Positions 31,361 through 39,922 of a DNA stretch of 44,314 nucleotides are shown one piece after another; within the stretch, counting starts at the first letter, position 1, and each line of letters begins with the position of its first letter. The position numbers and the translations under genes are program-made. This DNA is from a virus (taxonomy: Duplodnaviria; Heunggongvirae; Uroviricota; Caudoviricetes), in the IMG/VR virus record IMGVR_UViG_2579778807_000004. One strand, written 5' to 3'. Below the pieces are notes generated by a model. It did no database searches. It worked only from the letters and a program-made list of their open reading frames with translations, and had not been told where the DNA came from.

Positions 31361-31388
31361 ATACTTATTAGAAAAAAACCAGCCTTTG
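31361..31388 (-). terminator. tR'-like late terminator downstream of Q
   Basis: Minus-strand hairpin CCAGCC-TCCCCAAA-GGCTGG followed by TTTTTTTT, ~110 nt downstream of Q stop. Confidence 0.6.
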
Positions 31389-31498
31389 GGGAGGCTGGCT
31401 AAATCAGGAAACAAGCTGTTATATGATAATAACTACGTTGCGATTCCAACATTTAAAATGTTAGACTAATGAAAATCAGACAGCAACTTTTCCTTTGA

Positions 31499-31876
31499 TT
31501 ATTTCGAACAATCAGCATCCATCTCCAATCGGAGATCCAACACCATCAGCATGCCCTCCACTACGCCCTCAGCTTTCTGGAGCATCCTGCCAACCCAACA
31601 ATCAGATCGCCCATGCTTACGTGCAAGCGCCATAAAAGTCATGCCGCCGACATAATAGTCCACCAATAAATCATGTAAATCGCTGTTGTTTTTTTTCAGG
31701 CGAGCCATACATTCACAAATGATCATCGCGTCATCGTCACAGCATTGCGGACGAGATCTTACTTTTGAAGGAATTAATCCCTTAAAACCGGCGGCAATGG
31801 ACGACCAGGTCACATCTTCATGATTATTAGCCGCCCATGCCCCCCAACGCTCAAGAACCATCTGAATATCACGCAT
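31499..31876 (-). CDS. Late-gene antiterminator Q (QuuD/QuuQ-type)
   Basis: [39 protein letters not shown]... matches remembered QuuD-type antiterminators; track ORF starts with TTG 5 codons upstream. Confidence 0.8.
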   Translation of the reverse strand: MRDIQMVLERWGAWAANNHEDVTWSSIAAGFKGLIPSKVRSRPQCCDDDAMIICECMARLKKNNSDLHDLLVDYYVGGMTFMALARKHGRSDCWVGRMLQKAEGVVEGMLMVLDLRLEMDADCSK

Positions 31877-31893
31877 CAACTTACTCCACAAAA

Positions 31894-32943
31894 TTAGGCC
31901 AGCACACCAATTGCCAGCGCGCGATCGATAAATCGAAAAATCAGCTCCAGTTGGGAGCCATACTTCTCTTCAAATGCCACGGTACCCGTATGCAACTCGT
32001 CGTGATGCTTTCTGCACAAAGGCAACACAAAGAGATCATGTGCTTTGGTTCCCATTCCGCCCTGCCCGTGACCAATCAGATGATGCGGATCGTCGGCTGG
32101 CATACCGCAGCAAGCACACGGCTGTGTCTTAACCCAGCGTGTGTATTTCTCCTTAACCCAACGGTGACGTTTAGGCAGCTTCATGAAAGATTCCGGAGAC
32201 TCAGGATCAACGGTGATGCTTACCACCGTTTTTTCCTGTGATGGGTTTTGTCGCTGGTGGGCGTGAGGCAACGGTGCAAGATTTTTTGTGCGCTGTTTCA
32301 ATATGCTGGTGGCGGTCTGCTCTCCCGGTACGATGTCGCTTTCGCGGTACACCGAGCAGTTTTTTTCCGCTGGTAATCCCAGCGAGCGACGTAATACCGC
32401 TTCCGGTAGCGCGTCCGCCACCTGATTGCGGACCGCCCACCAGGATAATTCAGCCAGAGATAATTCACGCTCCTGCGTACCGCTTATTGCGTGACCGATG
32501 ACGTCAATCATCCATGCTGACAGGTTTTGATGAGCAAGTTGCTCGAGTGATTCGGATGTCTGGTCACGCAGCTGGTTGTCGCAGTGCCAGCACAACACCA
32601 TTGCGCCGGTACCATAACGGTGAATAACGGTTTCGCTGTGATGATAATCGCCGTGTGGCCACTGGCAGGATTTAATATGGCGCAACAGCCAGTCAGACAA
32701 TGCACCAGCACCACCAGCAGTACGAATTACCCGTGCATTACTGAAAAACGGCAGCAATGTTTTGTCTTCCACCAGCGGCTGGCGAACGGCAGGAACGACC
32801 CCGGACGGCAGATTACGCATGCTTTTCGGTTCCGGCTCCACCAGTACCCGGGTATTGTGGAATACCGGCATGGATTCACGGCCCGGCTTAACGACCACCA
32901 GCCCGAGTTCCGGTACCAGAACAGGTCGAAGTAATACCCGCAC
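31894..32943 (-). CDS. ydfU: DUF968 protein with HNH-like Cys/His motif (YdfU-like)
   Basis: 349 aa; C-terminal [43 protein letters not shown]; position next to Q as in Qin. Confidence 0.6.
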   Translation of the reverse strand: MRVLLRPVLVPELGLVVVKPGRESMPVFHNTRVLVEPEPKSMRNLPSGVVPAVRQPLVEDKTLLPFFSNARVIRTAGGAGALSDWLLRHIKSCQWPHGDYHHSETVIHRYGTGAMVLCWHCDNQLRDQTSESLEQLAHQNLSAWMIDVIGHAISGTQERELSLAELSWWAVRNQVADALPEAVLRRSLGLPAEKNCSVYRESDIVPGEQTATSILKQRTKNLAPLPHAHQRQNPSQEKTVVSITVDPESPESFMKLPKRHRWVKEKYTRWVKTQPCACCGMPADDPHHLIGHGQGGMGTKAHDLFVLPLCRKHHDELHTGTVAFEEKYGSQLELIFRFIDRALAIGVLA

Positions 32944-32944
32944 G

Positions 32945-33223
32945 TTACCTCCAGATGCGTTGCTGGAATGTACGGGACGGACGCGGTGGGCGTTCGGAGT
33001 AAGGCAATCTGACTGAGATTATCCAGTGACGGTAGTCGAGACTAAGGGCTTTCTTAACCTCGTATCCGCGCCTGCGGTAACACTGAATTATCCATTCAGC
33101 CTGCTCTTCAGTGCATGGAGGGTGCTGGAACCATTCAGACTTGAATGCGTGAGAATACCGCTCGTGCGTGCAGGCAAGAACGGGCGAATTATCAGAATTG
33201 TAATATTTTACGTTGCGTGCCAT
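32945..33223 (-). CDS. Hypothetical small protein (rem-position)
   Basis: 92-aa ORF directly downstream of DUF968 gene; identity to Rem not verifiable from memory. Confidence 0.4.
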   Translation of the reverse strand: MARNVKYYNSDNSPVLACTHERYSHAFKSEWFQHPPCTEEQAEWIIQCYRRRGYEVKKALSLDYRHWIISVRLPYSERPPRPSRTFQQRIWR

Positions 33224-33289
33224 CGGTTTTCTCCGGTGGCACGGTGTTACTCAGCGGGAGTTCAGCCCCGCGCAAGATTGTAGATGAGT

Positions 33290-33553
33290 TTATTCTTCTG
33301 CAAAAGCTGAAAAGCCTGCTTTTATTCCGATCTCTTTCAGTGCCTGTAATGAAGTGACAAACTCACCTTCGCGCAAGATAAATCCGTCTGTCACTCGACC
33401 ATCCACAAAATTAATTAACGCAGCCCCATTCTTTCGCAAACACATAATGCGGTAATGACTAACAAGATTTCCATTTTCAACGCACACAGCATAGAGGCCA
33501 TCTTCACAAAAATTTTTACGCAGTTCTTCGATGTTCATCATCATGTTCATCAT
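33290..33553 (-). CDS. Hypothetical small protein
   Basis: 87-aa ORF with Met-rich N-terminus between rem-like and hok. Confidence 0.35.
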   Translation of the reverse strand: MMNMMMNIEELRKNFCEDGLYAVCVENGNLVSHYRIMCLRKNGAALINFVDGRVTDGFILREGEFVTSLQALKEIGIKAGFSAFAEE

Positions 33554-33769
33554 CAGAATCCTTCCGGATAATTAGCTCTCCCCTTTAAGGGACCATCCCT
33601 CTTCTCCCTGCGCGCTACTTAAGTATTTTTGATTCTATTCCGGCACCGTCCAGAACTTCAAACGCGTTGAAAATAAAAACAAAAACCCGCCGAAGCGGGT
33701 TAAGTGCGGGTGCGTTGAGGATGCCTGCCACATCAGAGGTGGCGAGGGATTTCTCCCTCGCCGGGTCTC

Positions 33770-33925
33770 TTACTCCTCAGGTTCGTAAGCTGTGAAGACA
33801 GCGACCTCCGTCTGGCCGGTTCGAATTCGTACCTCGCAAAGGTCTTTCCTCGTTACCAGTGCCGTCACTATGACGGTTAAACAGATGACGATCAGGGCGA
33901 TTAACATCGCCTTTTGCTGCTTCAT
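33770..33925 (-). CDS. hokD: Hok/Gef-family membrane toxin
   Basis: MKQQKAMLIALIVICLTVIVTALVTRKDLCEVRIRTGQTEVAVFTAYEPEE matches remembered HokD/RelF; 51 aa. Confidence 0.85.
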   Translation of the reverse strand: MKQQKAMLIALIVICLTVIVTALVTRKDLCEVRIRTGQTEVAVFTAYEPEE

Positions 33926-34155
33926 AGCCTGCTTCTCCTTGCCTTTCGGCACGTAAGAGGCTAACCTACATGTGTCTAGCATGAAATTGGCCTCAGATTA
34001 ATGTTAAGCGTCTTGCAGGACGCGTAATGTTAACTGGGGCTTTTCTCTATCTGCCTTTGGTGTTCATGCCTGAGACAGATAGCCTCAAGCACCCACGGAA
34101 ACTTTACTAAAGGAGTTATAGCTTTTCCAGTAGTCTCAACATATTCACATTGCTA

Positions 34156-35712
34156 TTACCTATCAAACAACGGATGTATTACAAAATCTCTCTTCATATC
34201 AGTAATATCCAAATTAGGTTTATCAAAAGATGAATATATAATTAAAGATGCTGTTTTCCTTATGCCAACCACGCCTACGACGAACCAGACTTTAAGTAAC
34301 TCCTCAAAATTCATCAATATTTTTGTATGTTGATCATCCTCTTTAACTACAGTCAATCTATCAAGTAAATGCTGCGATATATCATCTTTTACTGCTTGTC
34401 CTATGTTTGAGACTGTAAAATCAGAAAATGAAATCAAGGAAAGCACATCCAAATATTCTTCGATAAACGGATATATGCTTTTCCATTCTGTAACCAAAGC
34501 TCTCTTTCTGGACGAATAAAATTTCTCTTCGGCAATTAACACAATATTTTCATTCATGTTAACCATACCATCGCACTCAGAAAGACATATATTTACGAAA
34601 TTAATTGCATCTCTAGGCCTAAGCATTGTTCTGTCAAGGATATAATCATCTGCTCCAATACCTTCAACTGTAAAATTAAAAATATCCTTCATTAATACAG
34701 ACTTATTTGATTGATATCTATTTTTAACCAAATGGTTAATTCTAGCATCAATAATCTCTCTTATTTCCGTTTTATTCCATGATATGGAATATATTAAAGA
34801 TTGATCTTTCTCATCCTGCCTTAAACTACTTTTATAAATTCCCATTAAAATATCTGTTCTTATTGATATCAGAACCTTAACCGACTTTATATCTAATAAT
34901 TCTCGAAAGGCCTCAAGAAGAGCATTAATAAAGTCATATCTGATGGCGCTCGTGCTTAACCAAGATTTATCTAAATCATCGATACTGATTACTATTCTAA
35001 CCTGGTTTGAGTCAGCGAACTCCTCTTTAAGTATTTTAATAAGTTCTTTTTGTTTAAAAAGAAGTTCACGACTCACATAACTTGAAGTTTCTGATTGTAT
35101 TTTGGCTGTATCAGAATTAGATATTTTACCACCCACACCAACAGCGGAATTTCCGAGTTTGAATGACAAATCACTTTCAAGCTTGTTACTTATTTCAATG
35201 AGCGCTTTATCATTGAAGAAATTTTCTTTAAATTGTTCAATATAATCATTCGCAACTTCTGGTTTATACGGTTTCTTCTTACCACCAATAAGATCTTTAA
35301 TTTCCTCAAAAAAGCTTTGATAGGAAGAACGATAAACGGCTGGTATAACTTTCATAAGTAATACATGCAGCCATAACGATTTATAAAACCCACGTAAATC
35401 TATCCCTTTCGAGATCAAATCAGATATAAACACATTGTTATTAATATGTTCAAATATCGTATTTTCTGCCTCTATTGTGTCATGCAGCTTAATATTTCCT
35501 TTGTCTAATATTTTTTTAAGCAACGCAGACTTACCGCTTCCTGTTCTTCCAACAATAATTCTTCTTGTAAAATCAGGATTCTTCTCAGTAGAGTCAAAAT
35601 TCACAATACCTTTAAAAACATTGGACTCATAAAAACAAGCATCAAGATAAGAATCAGTTTCCGCCTCTAATTTTCCAATCTCATCATTATTTCTGAATTT
35701 ATAGGCATTCAT
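34156..35712 (-). CDS. P-loop NTPase of unknown family in an AT-rich island; candidate standalone anti-phage defence / abortive-infection protein
   Basis: Walker A IVGRTGSGKSALLKKI near N-terminus; Walker B-like VRIVISIDDLDKSW ~185 aa later; Arg-containing motif RTMLRPRD; strikingly AT-rich versus flanking phage genes; occupies the relBE-equivalent hotspot. Confidence 0.7.
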   Translation of the reverse strand: MNAYKFRNNDEIGKLEAETDSYLDACFYESNVFKGIVNFDSTEKNPDFTRRIIVGRTGSGKSALLKKILDKGNIKLHDTIEAENTIFEHINNNVFISDLISKGIDLRGFYKSLWLHVLLMKVIPAVYRSSYQSFFEEIKDLIGGKKKPYKPEVANDYIEQFKENFFNDKALIEISNKLESDLSFKLGNSAVGVGGKISNSDTAKIQSETSSYVSRELLFKQKELIKILKEEFADSNQVRIVISIDDLDKSWLSTSAIRYDFINALLEAFRELLDIKSVKVLISIRTDILMGIYKSSLRQDEKDQSLIYSISWNKTEIREIIDARINHLVKNRYQSNKSVLMKDIFNFTVEGIGADDYILDRTMLRPRDAINFVNICLSECDGMVNMNENIVLIAEEKFYSSRKRALVTEWKSIYPFIEEYLDVLSLISFSDFTVSNIGQAVKDDISQHLLDRLTVVKEDDQHTKILMNFEELLKVWFVVGVVGIRKTASLIIYSSFDKPNLDITDMKRDFVIHPLFDR

Positions 35713-35961
35713 TGAACAAAAGCTCCATGCTATCTGTAGTTTGGTTTTTAATTATAAAAACATTTTATTAACAATTCCACTAAATTGAAACATAATGACA
35801 ACATGAAACAAAACGTTAGAGGTCAGTTGGCATCAATTGCTCTACCTAAGCTCTGTTACCGACTCCCCGACTACTCCCCAAAATTTTTTGTCTCTGGTAT
35901 CCGTTGCTGTTCCGGCGACATTCCTGCGCCGCAGCCTGTTTCGACGCTGTTGACCTTTCGG

Positions 35962-36174
35962 TTACCGCTTTTGCAATGCAGATTTTTCCTGCCAGTTCGG
36001 TACCAGCCGATATTTTTTCCCCTCCCGCACAAGCTGCCCGTACCGCTGTATGTTCTGGAGCAGGTTTTGAATTTTCTTGTTGGTCACACCAAGAGCATCA
36101 GCCAGCTCCCGGAACGTGGCTTCCCCGTTCTCCAGCAAATGCTGGATTGCGGCCTGTTGATTACTGCTGTGCAT
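35962..36174 (-). CDS. Small winged-helix DNA-binding protein (70 aa), possibly a truncated replication-gene remnant or regulator
   Basis: HTH-like segment ATFRELADALGVTNKKIQNLLQNI; translationally adjacent to the O-like gene; phage-like GC content. Confidence 0.45.
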   Translation of the reverse strand: MHSSNQQAAIQHLLENGEATFRELADALGVTNKKIQNLLQNIQRYGQLVREGKKYRLVPNWQEKSALQKR

Positions 36175-36176
36175 AC

Positions 36177-37142
36177 CTACCCCCTGAATCCCGGTGGAAT
36201 TTCGCTGTCCGGCTCAGAAATATGATTCACACAACGCTGTACAGGTGAACGCCCCAGGCGAATGACCAGTTCATCCCATTTTTCGCGGAGCTTTGAAGGG
36301 CTCATGATGTTTTTTACCCAGAATGGATCTCGCTGAACCCGACCAAACATTTCGCAAATTTGTTTATGGCTTCTGCCATCCAGCATCCGCATTGTGCGCA
36401 CGTCATTAGCCCAGGCAGTCCAGTTAGGCTCTTTTGGTCGCATGATCTCGCCATCATCACTGGCGGCCTGTTCGTAAAGGCTCACGATTCGTGCCCAGAT
36501 CCATTGCGCACACGCCAAATCCTCCTGATTCCCCCACTGACGTTTTTTAGCACTGAAAACCACCGCGTCAGGATATTGGGTTAAATAATTCTGTTCAGCT
36601 GTCTGCGGGTCCGATTGCGAAGCTTCCGGACGAAAAGTGTTTTTATTCTCTGTAGTAATCTCTGTTGTATTCTCTGTAAGATCATCAGGCCATTTTGACC
36701 CGATGACATTGGGTCGTTTTGAACCAATGGAGCGTTTCATTTTGACCTCTTCCATCGTGTCATTTTGACCTGATGGAGCGGCGCATTTTGAACCGATGGA
36801 TTCGCTCAATTTGCCATCATCTAAAAGCTCGCTCCCATAGTTAATCGTGTAGAAATTGGTCATATCGCGCTTTGATTTATTGAGCTTTTCACAACGCAAA
36901 AGCCCCAGCGTTTTCAGACTTGCAAACGCGCGCTTTAACGTTGACTCTGACCAGAATGGGAACTGTTCCAGCCATTGTTCCGTTGTGTTGTAAATCCAGC
37001 GAACACCATCACATTCCATGCCGGAATTGGTATCTCTCAACCAGTAATGCAACTGCTGCAACACAATGGCTTCATTTAAGCCAATCTTCATCGCAAGCTG
37101 TGTGTTTATAACCAGTGGGCGTTCAGCAAAAAGAAGGCTCAT
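36177..37142 (-). CDS. Replication initiation protein (lambda O-like N-terminal replisome-organizer domain, divergent C-terminus)
   Basis: N-terminal region resembles lambda O DNA-binding domain; position downstream of cro/cII-like genes; start set at internal Met (track 37196). Confidence 0.6.
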   Translation of the reverse strand: MSLLFAERPLVINTQLAMKIGLNEAIVLQQLHYWLRDTNSGMECDGVRWIYNTTEQWLEQFPFWSESTLKRAFASLKTLGLLRCEKLNKSKRDMTNFYTINYGSELLDDGKLSESIGSKCAAPSGQNDTMEEVKMKRSIGSKRPNVIGSKWPDDLTENTTEITTENKNTFRPEASQSDPQTAEQNYLTQYPDAVVFSAKKRQWGNQEDLACAQWIWARIVSLYEQAASDDGEIMRPKEPNWTAWANDVRTMRMLDGRSHKQICEMFGRVQRDPFWVKNIMSPSKLREKWDELVIRLGRSPVQRCVNHISEPDSEIPPGFRG

Positions 37143-37644
37143 AATTCCATCCAGCTTTTTGTTGGTATTGCTGTCGATACGCAAGTTTGAAAGCAATTGC
37201 TTTTTCTATAAGTTCGTCAGTTTCACGATCCACTACGGCAGGATCAGCAAAAAGCAGTCCGGACTCCACCACATCGCCATATTCTTTGTTTAACCCGGCG
37301 ATCATGTACGTGATGCTTTTTCCGTCACTAATTTCACGATACAACCTGAAATCATTAATCCGGATAGCCTCCATAATTGCAGGCACTAGCGCCGTGAACT
37401 TTTCACGCTTATCCCTGGTGTCGATAGCCTTCCAGCGTTCGAATATCTTCACTCGATTAACGCCAAGCGCTCGCTGATCAACCGCGCCACCTTCATCTGT
37501 GACACGCTGAACATCGATGTTCGGGCGCTCTTTCAAAGCCCAGAATGCTTCAGTGATTAATATCGTCGCCTGCTCCTGTGTCATTCCTGGTCGACATATC
37601 CAAGCATCCAGAGCCTCACGAGCCTGTTCAGGAGTGATTTTCAT
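37123..37644 (-). CDS. Hypothetical protein at the cII position (possibly YdaT/CII-like regulator)
   Basis: 173-aa ORF translationally coupled downstream of the cro-like gene; family not confidently recognised. Confidence 0.4.
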   Translation of the reverse strand: MKITPEQAREALDAWICRPGMTQEQATILITEAFWALKERPNIDVQRVTDEGGAVDQRALGVNRVKIFERWKAIDTRDKREKFTALVPAIMEAIRINDFRLYREISDGKSITYMIAGLNKEYGDVVESGLLFADPAVVDRETDELIEKAIAFKLAYRQQYQQKAGWNYEPSFC

Positions 37645-37855
37645 TGTTCAACCGCCCCGCCCGCTTCGTCTTACGATATTCGTCATAAACCTTGGGATCA
37701 TACAGAAGCTCGCCGCCAGATGCCTCCTGTAGACGCATCGCGCGACCTTCAGGAACCAGCTCTTGCCATTGAGAAACAGCAGATGGGTCAACGCCAGCAG
37801 CTTTCGCTACTTTGGCTTTCGTACCGTAAAAATTAATTACGTCTGATTTAAACAT
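37628..37855 (-). CDS. dicC: Cro-like repressor DicC
   Basis: C-terminus ...VPEGRAMRLQEASGGEL.YDPKVYDEYRKTKRAGRLNNENHS matches remembered DicC; divergent from dicA. Confidence 0.8.
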   Translation of the reverse strand: MFKSDVINFYGTKAKVAKAAGVDPSAVSQWQELVPEGRAMRLQEASGGELLYDPKVYDEYRKTKRAGRLNNENHS

Positions 37856-37868
37856 CGCACCTCCAATA

Positions 37869-37882
37869 TTGAGTTTTCTCAA
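37869..37882. promoter_or_regulatory. Operator-like inverted repeat TTGAGTTTTCTCAA in the dicC/dicA divergent promoter region
   Basis: Palindrome TTGAG-N4-CTCAA; a second copy at 38405-38417. Confidence 0.5.
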
Positions 37883-37929
37883 TGCTAATCACTCAAGGAA
37901 TCTCAAGTCAAGGGTTATTAAGATATCTA

Positions 37930-38340
37930 AATATGAACGAGAAAACTTTAGGTCAACGCATTAGAGAAAGACGTAAGCAGGTAGGCTTAAGTCAAAACGG
38001 TTTAAGCAAAGCTGCTGGCGTATCTGGCTCATCAATTTCATTATGGGAAAGTGACCATACAGCCCCGCGCGGGCAAAATTTGCATCGCCTCGCCGAGGTA
38101 TTGCAATGTTCACCAACCTGGATACTGTTTGGCGACGAGGACAAAACACCAGCTCCCCCTGTTTCACTCGATAGTGCCTTAGACTTATCGGAAGATGAGT
38201 TAGAGATGCTGCGTTTGTATCGCGCACTTCCTAAATCAGAGCAACAAGCACAACTCAGCGAACTCCGCGCCCGCGTTGAGAATTTTAATCGCCTGTTCAC
38301 CGAGCTATTAGAGGCTCGCAAACGCAACAAGCATCAATAA
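37930..38340 (+). CDS. dicA: CI-type repressor DicA (XRE-family HTH)
   Basis: ...LHRLAEVLQCSPTWILFGDEDK...LSELRARVENFNRLFTELLEARKRNK matches remembered DicA; start at internal ATG (track 37882). Confidence 0.85.
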   Translation, partial: NMNEKTLGQRIRERRKQVGLSQNGLSKAAGVSGSSISLWESDHTAPRGQNLHRLAEVLQCSPTWILFGDEDKTPAPPVSLDSALDLSEDELEMLRLYRALPKSEQQAQLSELRARVENFNRLFTELLEARKRNKHQ

Positions 38341-38404
38341 TCATCCCTTCACAAAATTTTAAAGCCTTACATTTCAATGTATTGGCTTTATCTTGCGCCA
38401 ATAC

Positions 38405-38417
38405 TTGAGTTTTCTCA
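38405..38417. promoter_or_regulatory. Second copy of the operator-like repeat upstream of the ydfA-dicF-dicB operon
   Basis: CTTGAGTTTTCTCA repeated from the dicA/dicC intergenic region. Confidence 0.45.
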
Positions 38418-38532
38418 TCAAAAAACCTTGACGAAAAATAATGAGAAAACTAAATTACCTCCATCAACACACCGCACGGTGTTCTCAGCAAACAGTTCCG
38501 CTACCCCGGCGTTAAGGGGAAATGAGGTCAGC

Positions 38533-38685
38533 ATGGATACTATCGATCTTGGCAACAGCGAATCTCTGGTATGTGGCGTGTTCCCCAACCAGGACGGTAC
38601 GTTCACCGCGATGACATATACCAAAAGCAAAACGTTTAAAACCGAATCTGGCGCGCGTTGCTGGTTAGCCAGAAACACTGACTGA
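38533..38685 (+). CDS. ydfA: YdfA-like small protein (DUF1391)
   Basis: MDTIDLGN.ESLV.GVFPNQDGTFTAMTYTKSKTFKTE.GAR.WL.RN matches remembered YdfA; track ORF extends upstream. Confidence 0.7.
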   Translation: MDTIDLGNSESLVCGVFPNQDGTFTAMTYTKSKTFKTESGARCWLARNTD

Positions 38686-39062
38686 TGAGGCTGACGATGG
38701 AATTTAAAGATTTACCGTCTGATGTACAGAAAACAGCAGCTCATACATTGCATTCTGTGCTGCGAGAAATCGGGAAAGATATTGCAAGCGAGCCAGCAAA
38801 AGATCTGGCCCGGAAAATCAAGACCGCTTTCGTTGAGCTTTATAATGTTGGCACTGACTCTGAAACTGTCGAGACCAAGACCGTAAGTTCACCAATATTC
38901 TCACTTGAGCCAGGCGTATTAGCAGGTGAAATATGCACCGAGATTTCCAGCGAACTGCTTCCGGTAATACGAGAAGCAATTTGCCGTCGCGGTTTGGATG
39001 GAAGTTACGATCATGACGTCCTGCAAGTTCTCAGGACAATGGTGACTTCACTGGGGATTTGA
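38685..39062 (+). CDS. Hypothetical protein (ydfB/ydfC position)
   Basis: 125-aa ORF with ATG overlapping ydfA stop (TGATG). Confidence 0.5.
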   Translation: MRLTMEFKDLPSDVQKTAAHTLHSVLREIGKDIASEPAKDLARKIKTAFVELYNVGTDSETVETKTVSSPIFSLEPGVLAGEICTEISSELLPVIREAICRRGLDGSYDHDVLQVLRTMVTSLGI

Positions 39063-39506
39063 TCCCTGCGTCCTCTAACCTTTTGATATAGCGGTCCTCC
39101 AAGAAGCGGTAAATTTTGTCGAAATCATCTTTCCCCTCTGGTTTATTCAGAGGATTACAGGACCCGTAAGTAGCGGCATACATTTCAACCGTTTTATCAA
39201 AAATATAAGAGACAAATTCTTCTTTAGTCATATAGATTTCCTTCTTGGTTATTCGGGATAAGAAGGATACCACCTCGCCTGACGTGGTTAAAAGCAGGCA
39301 CACAACACGAAAGCGCACGGCGAAGTTCGTCTCACTGTACGGTGTCGTTAAATTTAATTCGACCGTGCGCTTCCGGTTGTGGCAACCCGCGAAATGGCGC
39401 GGCGGTAAGTATGGCGGGGTTATTCCTTCCCCGTTGAGGACACCGAGTTGTCAGGTTGACCATACGCTTAAGTGACAACCCCGCTGCAACGCCCTCTGTT
39501 ATCAAT

Positions 39507-39562
39507 TTTCTGGTGACGTTTGGCGGTATCAGTTTTACTCCGTGACTGCTCTGCCGCCGTTT
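39507..39562 (+). ncRNA. dicF: DicF small regulatory RNA (FtsZ translation inhibitor)
   Basis: TTTCTGGTGACGTTTGGCGGTATCAGTTTTACTCCGTGACTGCTCTGCCGCC followed by TTTTT matches remembered DicF; between ydfA-region and dicB. Confidence 0.85.
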
Positions 39563-39733
39563 TTAAAGTGAATTTTGTGATGCGGTGAATGCGGCTAAGC
39601 GCACGCGGAACAGTTAAAACCAAAAACAGTGTTATGGGTGGATTCTCTGTATCCGGCGTTAATTGTTAACTGGTTAACGTCACCTGGAGGCACCAGGCAC
39701 TGCATCACAAAATTCATTGTTGAGGACGCGATA

Positions 39734-39922
39734 ATGAAAACGTTATTACCAAACGTTAATACGTCTGAAGGTTGTTTTGAAATTGGTGTCACTATCAGTA
39801 ACCCTGTATTTACTGAAGATGCCATTAACAAGAGAAAACAAGAACGGGAGCTATTAAATAAAATATGCATTGTTTCAATGCTGGCTCGTTTACGTCTGAT
39901 GCCAAAAGGATGTGCACAATGA
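39734..39922 (+). CDS. dicB: Cell-division inhibitor DicB
   Basis: MKTLLPNVNTSEGCFEIGVTISNPVFTEDAINKRKQERELLNKICIVSMLARLRLMPKGCAQ matches remembered DicB (62 aa). Confidence 0.88.
   Translation: MKTLLPNVNTSEGCFEIGVTISNPVFTEDAINKRKQERELLNKICIVSMLARLRLMPKGCAQ

Noticed and set aside
33770-33982. Extended 70-aa ORF upstream of hok in the same frame
   Set aside because: True Hok is the 51-aa product starting at MKQQKAM; the in-frame upstream extension is not the usual overlapping mok frame.
35785-36248. + strand ORFs (146 and 114 aa) overlapping the small wHTH gene
   Set aside because: Antisense to and overlapping a minus-strand gene in an otherwise uniformly minus-strand operon; Pro/Leu-rich junk.
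39245-39475. 76-aa + strand ORF upstream of DicF
   Set aside because: Arg/Lys-rich, falls in the GC-rich structured leader of the dicF precursor; more likely non-coding RNA.
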